In this document: piece after piece, positions 38,611 to 51,773 of the stretch
Numbering within the stretch: the stretch's first letter is position 1
Layout of the letters: every line of letters starts with the position of its first letter
Notes under the pieces: generated by a model
Seen by the model: the letters and a program-made list of their open reading frames with translations, nothing else
The model's database searches: none
Told to the model about the DNA's origin: nothing
Position numbers and translations under genes: made by a program
NCBI RefSeq assembly: GCF_001194135.2
Contig: NC_068991.1
Span: 1,591,821-1,655,820, forward strand
Source of the DNA: Octopus bimaculoides
Taxonomy: Eukaryota
Direction of reading: 5' to 3'
Length of the DNA: 64,000 nt

Positions 38611-39646
38611 ATTCAGACTACTGAATATTAATAATAATAACAACAACAATAATAATAATATAAGAGACGTCATGTGTTACGACCTGTTGGCCATAACCTG
38701 AACTTACAAAATCAACGAGAAAACGGTGAACCCAACGAAGTCTTTTGTAAAATATTAACAATTGTCAGCATAAAAAACAGCCCACATAAAAACAAATACA
38801 TATGAACAAAAATAAACCAATACCACACCATACGTGCAGTCAAAATATTTACAAAGGTAATATATATAACTATATAGTTAAAAAATTCAGACTAAAAATT
38901 AAAAAATAACTTAAGAGATTTTTTGTACTCACCCAGATGTGACACAGAAATTATTTTAAATATCACAAAAGTCCTGGTAAATTCCTGGAGCATAAAATAA
39001 ATGCCTAACACAGAGCACATGAACTAAACAAGAAATCATAGCTTCCAAAATCCAAGTGAACAACTTTGTCTCAAAGAAAAAAAAAACTGTCTCTTTCTTA
39101 TTTTGGCATAAAGTCTTGTATCCAGAGTGTACAGTGATACAAAGGGGACAGCGCAAAGACGCACATGGGGGACATAAAATGAAACGAATGAATTATGAAT
39201 TAAATGGTGATGAAATGGCTTCCCACCCCCCAAAGCGGAAGGTTCCATTTTGCTGTTCTAACAGTTCAGTTTGTATCGTTGATTCTAGTTATATTTACCT
39301 TGTTCAGTCTTCCCCAAAATAATCCAATTCATCAAAGCCTATCACAGGTGGCAACTCATCGTATCGCACTTCAACGAATTGCGGCATATAGCCTTAAAAA
39401 AGAGGAGACATTACAAGGACAGACAACACAAAACGCTCTTTCCTCGAGTTCGAACTTCTCATAATTCAGTTTGATTTTTTTCATTTTTGCTAATCTCTTT
39501 TCTATTTCTTTATATCCTTATTGTATCTTAACATTGTTCTTTATATTTCGTCCCGCAATCTCCCCTCTTTATGCTACATATTCCTCTCTCTCCTCCTTAC
39601 TTTCTCCTTCCACTCGTCATACTTCTCCTCTCTCGCTCTTTGCTCT

Positions 39647-40130
39647 TCAGTTTTTTTCCCTCCTGCTTGCCGTTGGCTCTGGTTCCTGCGTTCGAATCTT
39701 CATACTCTCTTTTTCCATAGTAATTTGGCGGAGGTCCGGCAAAGTGATATGGAGCACGACCTCCAGGCCACACCCCCACCAGTCGACCTCCGCTGTTCTT
39801 GACATCTTCAAAATTTCTGCGTTTTCCTCCGTATTGAACAAAATTGCCTCTACCAGCCAGTCCTCCTCAATTTCAGGTGGCACCCCATCGACTCGAACTC
39901 GGGCCGCGTGCCCTCCGCAGCTCGTCGGTAGGAGTGCCCACTTCGACGATTTTAAAGCCATAGTGGAGCATTTCTTCGCTTCACTCTCATTATCGAAGCC
40001 CACCCCCACCGTGCCATAATTTCTCCACTAAAAAACGCCATCACGTCCCTGATTTCCCTCCAGCACTCCTCTATCTCGTCGTCATTTGCGATTTCAATTT
40101 TCCTTGTGGCCACATTCAATGTCCGGCACG
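39647..40130 (-). mobile_element. Putative LINE ORF1 (gag-like, possibly Tx1/L1 clade) fragment
   Basis: GC-richer island. Minus strand ...EIEECWREIRDVMAFF / RNYGTVGVGFDNESEAKKCSTMALKSSKWALLPTSCGGHAARVRVDGVPPEIEEDWLVEAIL..., one frameshift. The VRVxGVPPxI pattern is like the RRM-type segment of L1/Tx1 ORF1. No splice signals or host homology recognised. Confidence 0.45.
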
Positions 40131-40131
40131 T

Positions 40132-40164
<33 letters not shown>

Positions 40165-40165
<1 letters not shown>

Positions 40166-40300
40166 GCAGGCACCGCGCACGTCCTTCGTAAAGCACTTTC
40201 AATACGGTGACATAAAGAGTAACGCAACAAAGCACAGCACATACCCAAAGCGCACTGAGATGCGCTCAGTGGTGCTGTGAAAGCAAGTGGGGAAAAAGTA
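40165..40300 (+). mobile_element. R4/Dong-like LINE 3' end flanked by (AAT)n on both sides
   Basis: caggcaccgcgcacgtccttcgtaaagcactttcaatacgg encodes GTAHVLRKALSI; same 3' UTR as 38265-38400. Confidence 0.75.
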
Positions 40301-40322
40301 AGACTACTGAATAATAATAATG

Positions 40323-40362
<40 letters not shown>

Positions 40363-41497
40363 CTATAATAGATGTTGTTAAGAAGGGACATCGTAGAAAA
40401 GTTGTTTCATGAACAGCGAATCATTTACAACAGGTGAATATCCCAAAGAAAAATTGCGAAGATACGTAAATATAGAGAATTGCGCATTATATTCAGTATG
40501 AAAGTGGAACTGATGGTGTGTGTGTGTGTGTGTGTGCGTGTGTGTGCGTGTGTGTGTGTGTTCCATTTATTTCAGACTATGGAAGAGGACTGTATATGTG
40601 TTTGTGTGTGTGTGTGTATTTTTGTATTTATTTGTGTATGTGAAAGTGGTTGAATTTGTTTATGTGTCCGTGTGTTGTGTGTGGGTGTATGAGTGTGTGA
40701 AAGTGAGACACAATCTGTGTGTATACATGCGTTTGCATAGATATGTGTGTTTTTCACTGTGCTTTTGCGCACATGTATAATGTAGAGTGTGTTTGGTGTA
40801 TGTTTGTGTATGTATTCGTGTGGAATTATGTATTCATGTTCCTGTGTATGAAAGAGAATTTCATGTATGTATGGTAGTATTTATGTATGCGTGAACGTAT
40901 GTGTATGCGTAAGAGAGAAGAGAGCCGTTTGTGATGTCTGCATATGTATGTGTTTGTGTATGTTTCCGTATATATATGTCATTATAGAAGAGAGCTTTTG
41001 TACTCTTATGTACGGATGTGAACAAATGCGTGCATGAGTATGCATGTTAGAAATAGGGAGAGAGCGTGTGAGTGTGTGTGTGTGTGTGTATGTGTGTGTG
41101 TATGCGTACGCAGGTAAATGTATGTGTGAGACCTAATAATGAGGATGAAACCATTAAGGAAGTCTCTGAAGAACTTCAAAATACTTCTAAAAGATGATTT
41201 CAATAGCCAGAAGAAAGAAAAACGAGAAAAAAAGAAAGAATATTAATGTTATTATTTGCTGCTCCAGCTGAGTCGTCGCATGTGACTTTTCATTACTGAA
41301 TAGGAAAAAAGCTAATAGAATGAAATAAAATCTCTTGATAACATTCCAAACTTATTCCTCGTTAGTATACAACACACATGTCTATCGGCGACTCTGTATT
41401 CCAGAATGCCTGCACATACACGCCCATGTAAAATCCGAGCATGTCAGTTAAAGAAGACTATTATTAATGTGCAATTAGCTGGCTAACTCTGTTGCAA

Positions 41498-41547
<50 letters not shown>

Positions 41548-42009
41548 GCACTGCGGAATATGATGGCTGGAAACGCAATAAATCGATGATCAGTGCAACA
41601 AATAAATTCTCAGAGGAAATTATATTCGATTTTTAACCGCTAAATCTAACGCTGAGTCAGTTGATAGCGGATAAAATTGACAGTTAAAATAACGAATCTA
41701 AGTCATAGAAGTATGTCTTTCGGAAACCAATTATTCCGTGAGGTCAATTGTCCTGCAGAAAGCTCAGAAGCATCTTTATGTTTAGACAAACCGAAAAAAC
41801 AAAGATGTCAAAAAGTATATCTCGCCAAGAAAGAGGCTTCAGAGATCTTCAATATTTCCGATACAGAAGCTGACTACCAGCGTGTAAGTAGCTGTGTGGT
41901 TTGCGAGGTATTTCTCGTTTTTAATATTTTGAGACCTCCTTATAAGAAAGCTTGGCAGAATCGTTAGCACACGGACCAAAATGCCATCCCTTCTGCTCTA
42001 CTGGAAATG

Positions 42010-42190
42010 GATTTTTTTAAAATTCCAGATGCCAGCTCATTCTCTGCGATATTATTGCTTTGTAGGGAGACAAGTTAACGGTCTGTGAATTTGTGGGTTT
42101 CCGTTTCAGTCGATTTGCGAATTAGGATAGTTGTCCCTTCCGTGAGCCATTCAGGTATTGTCGCTGGCTCTGCCAGTATTTCATTGAATC
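42010..42190 (-). mobile_element. R4/Dong-like reverse transcriptase N-terminal fragment
   Basis: Minus strand KILAEPATIPEWLTEGTTILIRKSTETETHK...RPLTCLPT, matching PEWLTxGxTxLxPK......NYRPITCL. Confidence 0.75.
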
Positions 42191-42215
42191 ATCATCATCA
42201 TCATCATCATCATCA

Positions 42216-42247
<32 letters not shown>

Positions 42248-42746
42248 GGCTAAGTTTGAAATGAATATCATTCTGAACAAGACATATCTCTAAACGGCTT
42301 TGAGTTGCAATAAAGAAATAAGGCTTCTGAATGCAACCAGATGTAATTAAATTCACCAAAAACATTTCGCACACAAATTTTACCCCCGCGTCTTTTCTCT
42401 ATTTTCATTATCTCTCTTTTTTTTTAATTAAAGATAACCAAAACAATTATGTAAAAAACTAACTAATCTAAATTATTCCATTAATTCATTTACATGATAA
42501 GCATTTTTATTTTGTTTATATTTTGATATTAGTAAGAAGAGAGTTTAAAAAAAAACGTGCAATGGAAACAAACTTAAAACATGAGAGAACTTGCAACTTT
42601 TAATGAATTCCATGAGTGAGCTGAGGCCATGCTGGAGCACCATCTTCATGGGGTTCACACCATTCTTATCAAAATGAATCCTAGTTTCAACTTGGTTCTT
42701 GTTTTCTTGATCACTGTTTATCGAGCAGTTACATCATGATATTAAA

Positions 42747-42830
42747 CAGTGGTTCTCAAACTGAGTCCATACGACCCTTCGGGGGTCCATGCAACCCTTG
42801 AAATCCATACAAGATTCTGCTCTTAAAATT
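42747..42830. mobile_element. hAT/Charlie-like MITE left end (same family as 884-1131)
   Basis: cagtggttctcaaactgagtccatacgacccttcgggggtccat...aagattctgctcttaaaa. Confidence 0.55.
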
Positions 42831-42934
42831 GATACGTAATAAACTAGTTAAACTTCTACGCAAAATATTTCAGCAGATTTATTGTACACTTCTCAATAAT
42901 ATATTCTGCCTTGTGAATAGATTTGATAGATGGA

Positions 42935-43168
42935 AAGTGAAAGAAGCCCGTCGTATATATATATATGTTTATATTTATGTGTACGTCTATCTGTCTGCCC
43001 AATACCATCGCTTGACAACCGATGTTGGTGTGTTTATGTCCCTGTAAATTAGCAGTTCGGCAAAAATGCCCGTTAGAATAACGTACTAGGCTTGCTAAGA
43101 ATAAGTTCTGGAGTCCATTTCTTCGGCTAGAAGGATATGGCCGCAGTCAAATGACTGAAGCAAGAAAA

Positions 43169-43175
<7 letters not shown>
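42935..43175 (+). mobile_element. SINE family B, 3' half in + orientation
   Basis: aaagaagcccgtcgtatat...ccatcgcttgacaaccgatgttggtgtgtttatgtccctg...gtactaggcttgctaagaataag...atggccgcagtcaaatgactgaagcaag is the reverse complement of the other copies. Confidence 0.85.
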
Positions 43176-43217
<42 letters not shown>

Positions 43218-43219
<2 letters not shown>

Positions 43220-43320
43220 GAGGCTCTAGTAGAAGTCACTTCTCCAAAGAACCACTCAGTTGGACTGAACTTGGGGCCACGTGGTTGAGAAGCAAACCTT
43301 TTACAACGTAGCCAAGCCTT
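43218..43320 (-). mobile_element. SINE family B head fragment
   Basis: cgaggctctagtagaagtcacttctccaaag...ggactgaacttggggccacgtggttgagaagcaaacc. Confidence 0.7.
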
Positions 43321-43944
43321 CGACTTTGATTATTATTTTTTTTTATAAATTTTGTTTTGACTACAATTTCGAGTATTTATTGTAGCCAGATCCCATTTCT
43401 GGCCAACAAAATAAAGTCAGTAAGGCGAGCAAACAACAAACTCGATGCCTTTGGACTCTGATCCAGATTTTGTTTCCCATTCGCTAATAAAGTCGTATCA
43501 TTCACACACCATAGAACTTCATTTATTTTTTCCTCCTTTTCCTTCCTTTAAATTGGTTGTAGAGTAACATAATCATTCTCTATGCTTCCCCTTTACTGAT
43601 GGAGGTAATTAATTAAGATTCACTGTGAGCCATAGAGTGAAATATTCAAATTAAAACTAAAATTCATTTAAATTTTAGATTTAGTAGTTTTGTAATTTTC
43701 TCGATAATCGCTATTAACAGTTTCGATTGCTATCCGTGAAAGATCATTGTCCATAACAGTGGATCGTGTAATTATATTTGATTCTACTTTCGATCTAAAA
43801 GCTTTCAAGCAAAGTTATCGATTTTTATGACTTCATCAATTGATCTGCTATCAATACGCTGCAATGAATTTCTTGTAAAGATAAGAAGAATAGATGAGTT
43901 TGTGGCTGGTTTTGTCTTTGTTTTATTTGTCTTTGTTTTATAGT

Positions 43945-44072
43945 GTACGTACGTACGTATGTATGTATGTATGTATGTATGTATGTATGTATGTATGTAT
44001 GTATGTATGTATGTATGTATGTATGTATGTATGTATGTATGTATGCATGCATGTATGTATGTATGTATGTAC
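43945..44072. repeat. (TATG)n microsatellite
   Basis: Directly visible. Confidence 0.95.
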
Positions 44073-44226
44073 GCTAATATAAAAAAGTGAGAATGAGTGT
44101 TCAACAACGTATTGCTGGATAAATATACTTTATTTGTGGGTCAACAGGCTATGAATGGTTTCATATCAAGATAAACCTCCTCTCAACAGTTATCAAGCTT
44201 GTCTCGTGGAAATGTTGGCACTCTTC

Positions 44227-44323
<97 letters not shown>

Positions 44324-44921
44324 CATAAAGTAAAGTGTTTAATGTTACATACGTTATGGCGATAATATTGAATAATATTATAGTATTTGTTATATGTGTT
44401 GCTGTTATTTAATCCAGGATCCGCTTTGTTGAGCAGACATAATCAAGTGTATTTCAGCCATAGATGTTTGTGTGTCTCCTGCTATGCTTGCCAATACCTC
44501 CCTCCATTTTTTAAGACGGTAAAGCATGATTTGATAACATTTGATTGCTGTCTCAATGAAGTTCGAGCGATTAAGGAGTGAGTCTCTTGAAAGATGCATA
44601 AAATTTCTTATTACGTCTAGCTTATTCTACAAACTTCTATTGCTTCATCTCTTCGTTTTTGTATTGCATACTCTACAATCTTTTCTCGCCCCCATTTTCC
44701 TATACTGCTGACTTCCCCTTCAATAGATTGAAAACTTCAGCCGATGCGGCTCAGATTCACGGAACTTCTAACTTTAAACGAACATGTTTTTGTATTTTCA
44801 GTTTTTCCCAAAAGTATTTTTGCTAACTTTATAAACTAGTATACTTTATTGTAGAGAAATAGAGAAAAAGAGACAGAAAAAAGGGATAGAGAGATCAAGA
44901 AAAAGAGACAGCTATAAAGGA

Positions 44922-45000
<79 letters not shown>

Positions 45001-45778
45001 AAAATTGTCGGTCAACCGCAGTAGATTATTTCCTTCATATTAACTTTTCTATTATTTATCTTCAGAAACACCGAGTATCAAAGAGAAATTACTAAACATC
45101 TTAGACTTCACCAGAAAACGAAAGTTATTCTTGCAGTAAGCAATCAGATTTTAAAATACGATAAACGTGGGCGGATAGTTCAATAGAAATTACTAGAAAC
45201 CTAATCATAGATATTGCATGATTTTTACAGAGAAATTGTGCAATGCTTAACTTTTAACTTGGCTTCCAAGCCTCAATTGTTTCCTTTCCTTCTGTTAAAT
45301 GTTTCAGAAAATATCTTCAGAAACATGGAATCTCTAAGAGGAATTGTAAATGGTTTTAGAACCGAGCCATACATCAAAGACTTCATAGTAAACAGAGAGA
45401 TGATAGGGAATTATGATAAATATGTATTAATATTTGATAAACACACAACCACATATACACCCGATTATAGATTGTAGAGGATTTTAGAAAACCCGTTACT
45501 GCGGCGGCGAAAGTCTGAGACCAACCGTGTATACAAAAACATACATACATACATACATACGTACGTACGTACATGCATACATACATACGTAAGTACGTAC
45601 GTACATACATACATACATACATACATACATACATACATACATACATACATACATGCATGTATTGACACGCATATATATGTATATATGTGTGTATACAAAT
45701 ATATCTTTGTGTGTGTATATATATATATATAGAAAAAAGTTATTTTATTCCACACGGGTAGAAATATAGGTAAAACAG

Positions 45779-46079
45779 AAGTTGAAAATGCACTGAGAAT
45801 ACATAAAATATTTTTATTATTATATTTAAAGATTTAACTGTTTTCACAGTTTACACTGAGTTTCAAAACGTTGAAATAGAAAGACGTGGCTCAAATTAGT
45901 ACAGGAAATCCCTATCAAAATAGGACGAACTTCAAACACTAGTCAGATGCAAAACAGCTGCGACACAAACCACGTCTTTCTATTTCAACTTTTTGAAAAT
46001 CAATGTAAACTGTGAAACCGGTTAAAGTTTTAAATATATTAATAAAAAATATTTTAAAATTCTCGGTACATTTTCAACT

Positions 46080-46080
<1 letters not shown>
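45779..46080. mobile_element. ~300-bp foldback/MITE-like element with ~110-bp inverted arms
   Basis: 45779-45889 and 45970-46080 are reverse complements. The inner 57 bp differ at 5 positions (tttaactgttttcacagtttacactgagtttcaaaacgttgaaatagaaagacgtgg versus ccacgtctttctatttcaactttttgaaaatcaatgtaaactgtgaaaccggttaaa). 80-bp spacer. Confidence 0.8.
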
Positions 46081-46119
<39 letters not shown>

Positions 46120-46320
46120 TTTTGACTTCGAAACTGGATTTTTTTTAGCTGAGATGAACATCGAGATGCGAACGACATGTATGTTCATTTATCGACTAAA
46201 TGCACATCGTTGAGTTTCTTTTTGCTTCTCTGATCATACTTATTAACACACTTATACGCACTTATACACACACCTACACATACACACGCAAACATGTCTT
46301 TCTCTCTCTCTCTCTCTCTC

Positions 46321-46403
<83 letters not shown>

Positions 46404-47130
46404 GTATATATGCACTTTCTTTTTATATTTTTATTGGTTTTTAGTTATAATATTGCGACCATATTAAATTCTGCCTTCCGTCGATCCTGCACTTAATTCA
46501 CCTTTGTGCTTGTTTTTTGTGATCTTCGTTTATTGAGTCAAATTAGTTCTAATGCACGATTTTGAAACGAAGAGATGCAAGACGAAACATCGATCTATAT
46601 CACTAAACCAGGCACCTACAAAATTACACGAAAACTTCAAAATACAGTCACTTTCTATTACTTTCTCCTATAAGGAAAAAAAAAAAACACACACACACCA
46701 ATGAATTTCGCCTTAAACTACTTCTCAAAAATAACAAAAAAAACTTTTATCAAACGTTCACATTTGAAACAGTATTTCTTCGAAAGGTAACAGCAGGATG
46801 TTATTCTAGATAATGTGTATTGACTGAATGCATCAATTTCTGATCTTAATTCATCTTATTTAAAAAACAAAACCGAATATTTTCCTCCAACCTTTTGAGA
46901 ATGAACTATATTTTATAGCCAGAACTGTATGAGATAATTAGTTTTTGCCAACGCGAGCCCCTCCATAAAATTACTTTATTTAAAAAAAGCAAAAACTTAT
47001 TCATCAACCCTGATTTGTCTAAAAAAAATGCTTGAAATCGATCTTGGCGAATATATCAACATTTTTTCTAATCATTTATTTCATTTACAAGACTTGTCAC
47101 AATGCGCTAAAAAATATTGGTTTCCAATGT

Positions 47131-47298
47131 TGGCACAAGGCCAGCAATTTCGGGGGAGTGGGTAAATTGATTACATCGAGCCCAGCGCTCTACTTGTATT
47201 TATTTATCGACTCCGAATGTATGAAAGGCAATGTCGACCTCGGCGGAATTTGAACTCCGTACATAAAGATGGACGAAATACCGCTAAGCATTTTGCTA
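47131..47298 (-). mobile_element. SINE family A copy
   Basis: ggcacaaggccagcaatttcggggg...gattacatcgagcccag...atgaaaggcaatgtcgacctcggcggaatttgaactc...gacgaaataccgctaagcattttgc. Confidence 0.88.
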
Positions 47299-49090
47299 GC
47301 TCATCACCCTAAAGATTACTAACGCTGACGTATATGATCTTCCTACTCCATTGAATATAGACAGTGAAAATGATGTTCTTACGTATTTAAAAACATATTT
47401 CACACTAAAAGAGATTAAACACGATTTCTAGAAGAGCTCCAGAAATAACTGGCCTCGAAATAGTAAATGAGAAGATATTAGACATCGTTTTCTATTGAAA
47501 ATTGAAGTAATACTGAGTCATAAGGACGACCGTCAACAGACGGAATATGAAATGGCAGAAAAATCAGAATATCCAAGTTCTCTTATTATTATTAATTTTT
47601 GTTCTGTCACTTCAAATATAAACATAACTATCAATGCAGAGATATCTCCTGCTATAATCATCCATTCAACATTCAACTTCAGTAACCAATTTTTTTTCCT
47701 TCATTCGTCATACATTTTCTTCAAAAGCACAAATATCACGATTTTTTAAAACTTGAATCACCATCATGCTTTCTTACTCTAACATTCGTAACTTTGCAAA
47801 AATTATAACAAACACTGTCCTTCAAATTATACCTCAAATAATTGACTTCTGAAGCTTAACTCTACTTGTTCCACTGCTAATAATTATCCAGTCTAAGGTT
47901 TATGTTTAACCAATGAAATACTATACCAAGTTACATTGTGCGTCCATACATCCTCTCTCTCCTACAATGGACCTAGAGCAAATATTTTCGAACAAAACTA
48001 CATTTAAATATAAAAACAAAATACTCGGTTACGTGTTTATTCTCTTGGCTATGGAATCTGATAACCTCTAATGCACCATTCAACATTTCATGGAAAACTC
48101 AAGGTAAAAGCCATATAGTTGTAACAAGGGATCGTATCAGTGTGAATTCTAGAAAACCTTTGTAACACACATCTGTAAACTTAAGCTGTTCAATAAAACA
48201 TCAAAATATATCCATGTCGTCATAACACATTTAAATTACTATTGCGCAAAACCAACCGATTTTTAAAATTTTTAACTGAACAGCTATTTTCATATACTAC
48301 ACTTTTCATGATTTATAAATAATTTGAAGTTATTCTAAAGTATGTTTTAAGTCAATTGAGCTTAATTATCTTCTGAAAACTTGGCATGGTTTCTTTCAGC
48401 TCTGGTACCTCCATACTGTGTAGATATACGTTTTAAAAATGTAAATGTATTGTGGGGAATATATGGAATGTATGTCCATGGTTGCTTACTGCAGAGGTGG
48501 GAGTTTAGTGTTAGCGTAAAAGTCCCTACGTGGTGTGGGCTGGAATGTGTAGATATGTATTTGTGGAGCTGAAATTGTGATTTGGGAATTCATAAATTTA
48601 GATACCGGAGAGTGTCTAAGAAAATATTGACTGGAACAGCATAAAATTAAGTAGCATGCCCAAGGACACAATGTGCTACTCGGCCAGAAATTGAACGCAC
48701 GACTTATTAGAACTTTCGACTGCGATTGATAGGAGATTTCAACTTCTTTTTTAGCGATGTAGGAGGCCTTGTATCGCTGTATCCTGCATCGTTGTTGTTG
48801 TTTTGTCTCACGCTTGATTCTACAGACAGTTGAGCATTAAATTTCCAGTCATCTTAACCTCTTTCGCTACAAAGGGGTTACTTCATTCGTCCATTGAGCG
48901 TCACAGTACATATTTCCATGTCATAGATATGAAAACACTCAATACAGGAGCAGGACCACAGTAGTGCATCGCAATGACAATAAATAGCCGTGTATACGCT
49001 TGAGTGTATTGACGTTCAGTGGAGATTAGATTTATGGAGTTTTATTACGCTAGGCTACTATACGTAAAGAGTGACGCGCACGCGTATGTA

Positions 49091-49410
<320 letters not shown>

Positions 49411-50164
49411 GATAGTTGGATAAATTTACATCACTTTTCTTCGACTTCATCCATAATTATATACGTCTTCTTAACAAACTACGAAAGCTATGTCTGACTT
49501 CTTATAAAAATCAATAAACAGACAAACTTAAACAGATCGACTATAATAGAAGAAGACCGTCATTATTTTAGCTTTATTATTGCTACATTGATTATTAATA
49601 TATTGATTTCGATTATTGCCACAGGTCTCCATACTTTATGAAAGAACACAATCGATTATATCGTCTTTACTTCATGTCATGTACTGTTTTTTTTTGATCG
49701 ATCATCGGAAGGATGAACGACAAAACTCAGCCTCGTCGAAATCTGATCGTAGGACGTAAATATTATTAACTAAAACGGTAAAGCATGTTGTTCATTGATC
49801 TAGATATCCCGAATTAATGTTTAAATGATCGAAATTATGTTCACATGTCTTAAGTTACCTCCACTCTCTAATGATAAAGATTTTTCTCCAAGATCTTTAA
49901 TGGTTAGTCAGATAAAAGTCATTTGGTTCGGAGAAACTCCTATATTTTATCATCAGACAGCGACCATGTCCATGTAGTTCTCCTGTTCTTTTATCAAGCA
50001 AACATTAATTGCTTTCATCAAGTGTTTTTAAGACATAGTGTATCTAGGGCTATACAGTCCAATGTAAGGGCTTCATATTGCTTATCTTTCTATCTTTTAA
50101 TGTGTGTGTGTGTGCGTGTGTAGTTTGCTGTTCAGTTTTCCGTTAAGATAGTATTAACAAAACA

Positions 50165-50445
50165 AGTACTTCATCCATTGACAAATGAGCACAGTGTTTA
50201 AACCAGGAGCGACAAATAGCTTTCATCCCTGTTGGACAATCAGTGCTCATGAAGGGAAACATGAAACTTTAACGTCACGCTTACACCAGATTAAATTCAA
50301 AGATGACAACAGGATGATTTGCGGCAACTTGAAAATAATGTGACTTGCTGCTTGGGCAGTAGTAGGCTGCACAGAGTTTCCTTGTTTCTTGTGTAAATGG
50401 GACAGTAGCAAGGAACCTCCATTGGTCTAAAAAAAGATGTGGATT
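50165..50445 (+). mobile_element. Decayed DNA-transposase fragment (CMC/Chapaev-like, tentative)
   Basis: FIPVGQSVLMK...QIKFKDDNRMICGNLKIM*LAAWAVVGCTEFPCFLCKWDSSKE resembles SIP.AHSV..KE...IKY....W.ICGDLK....LLG.Q.GYTKFPCFLCEWDSR. The superfamily assignment is from memory. Confidence 0.58.
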
Positions 50446-51429
50446 TACCAACAAATTATGGTATACTTTATCATTATCTTAGGTAATGGACAAGAGCTTT
50501 TTGATATTCCGAATTAACAATACAAAAATATATAATGTAACATACACTTATCGAAACAATACTGCGTCATTTAAGGTCTGCATCATCTCAGCTGTTCATA
50601 TTTCTTGCATCGTATGCATATTTCATCTCATCTCCCCATCCTCTCCCCTTGTCCTCCACCTTGGATTTTTCTGTATGCACACAAATTGTAAATAGAGAGC
50701 GCTAAATATTCTTAGAAGAATCTTCATCTCAACTATGAGCCTCACTATTTACATTAAATCAACAATTAAACACTTTTATAGCAATTAACATTTCTAAGGG
50801 TGTTTAGGTGTTGCCTGGGAAATCTGAGAATGGTTGGTTGTTATTTTGTTCTTATACAAGTTATTGTTTAAAGTTGGAAATCAGAGACAAGCAGTTTTCA
50901 TAATCTCAGCACAATAAAACTTTATATAAAAATTCTATAACGTCACATTTTATTCGTCAAACATGTGATTATCATGTCATTGTAAAAACCTCAACAAACT
51001 TAGTTTCTCTTCTCCACGTCGACACTAAACAACAACAACTACAACAATAACATGACGGCAATAGTAATAAAAGCAACGAAATAGAAATAAATAAATGAAT
51101 TTCTTTTATTCATCGAATTTTAAATGTTTCAAATTTAAATAAAACATTATGAAAATAATGAGATTTCCAAAGATGTTCACACATCAATAAACGCGTTATC
51201 TTTGCTATTGAAACAGTGAAAAGACTCAACATAAATGACGTGAAAATGTTTCTATGAATATTATCGAAGACAAGTTATAATTAGTGTGAAATATTTCTGA
51301 TGTTGTCGCTTGACGTTCTTTGAGAAACTCAGGACCAAGCAGCTGGCCGGGTTTGGGAGGTTTTCTGGGTGGCAACTATTACGGGTAGTTAACAGAAATC
51401 CGAGTAGTGCTACCAAAAATCATTACCGA

Positions 51430-51773
51430 TTCGTCACGCAACCAAGTGGAACGTAGATACCGCCAGGCAGGACCGTTCAAGATGCGGTGAGAGAGACAGT
51501 CGCATAGGACTCATATTGAGCAGAGTCCGAGCATTGAGGATTCGTGGAGTTTGATCGGACAACTGTTGTTACATGTCGGACAAATCCTACTATCGGCCAA
51601 GTCTACCGCGATGATCACCTCTCTAACATTGTTAACAAGCCAAGAGAGCTGATGGTCCTCTATCTAATGGCCATAGCAAAAGAGATTGAAAGTATCGAAC
51701 AGACACCGTCCTCTTCTGTCAAACCCTCATCTACTTCTTCAAGTCCCGTTTGGAAACGAAAGTCAGGGTGGAG
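51430..51773 (+). mobile_element. Tx1/L1-like LINE ORF2 C-terminal fragment running into an N-gap
   Basis: RCGERD...QSPSIEDSWSLIGQLLLHVGQILLSAKS...LMAIAKE...QTLIYFFKSRLETKVRVE across frameshifts. Resembles the zinc-knuckle-to-end region of Tx1-type ORF2. Confidence 0.52.

Noticed and set aside
45066-45430. Possible micro-exon pair (ag|45066-45135|gtaagc, then acceptors at 45307 or 45320 into ENIFRNMESLRGIVNGFRTEPYIKDF...)
   Set aside because: Phases are compatible only through the weak 45320 acceptor, the peptide has no recognisable homology, and the two segments resemble each other (atcttcagaaaca...aagag.aatt), which suggests an old duplication. RNA-seq junctions would be needed to revive it.
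47950-48200. FNISWKTQGK..., a possible second decayed Penelope GIY-YIG end on the + strand
   Set aside because: Similarity is too weak to support without an HMM search.
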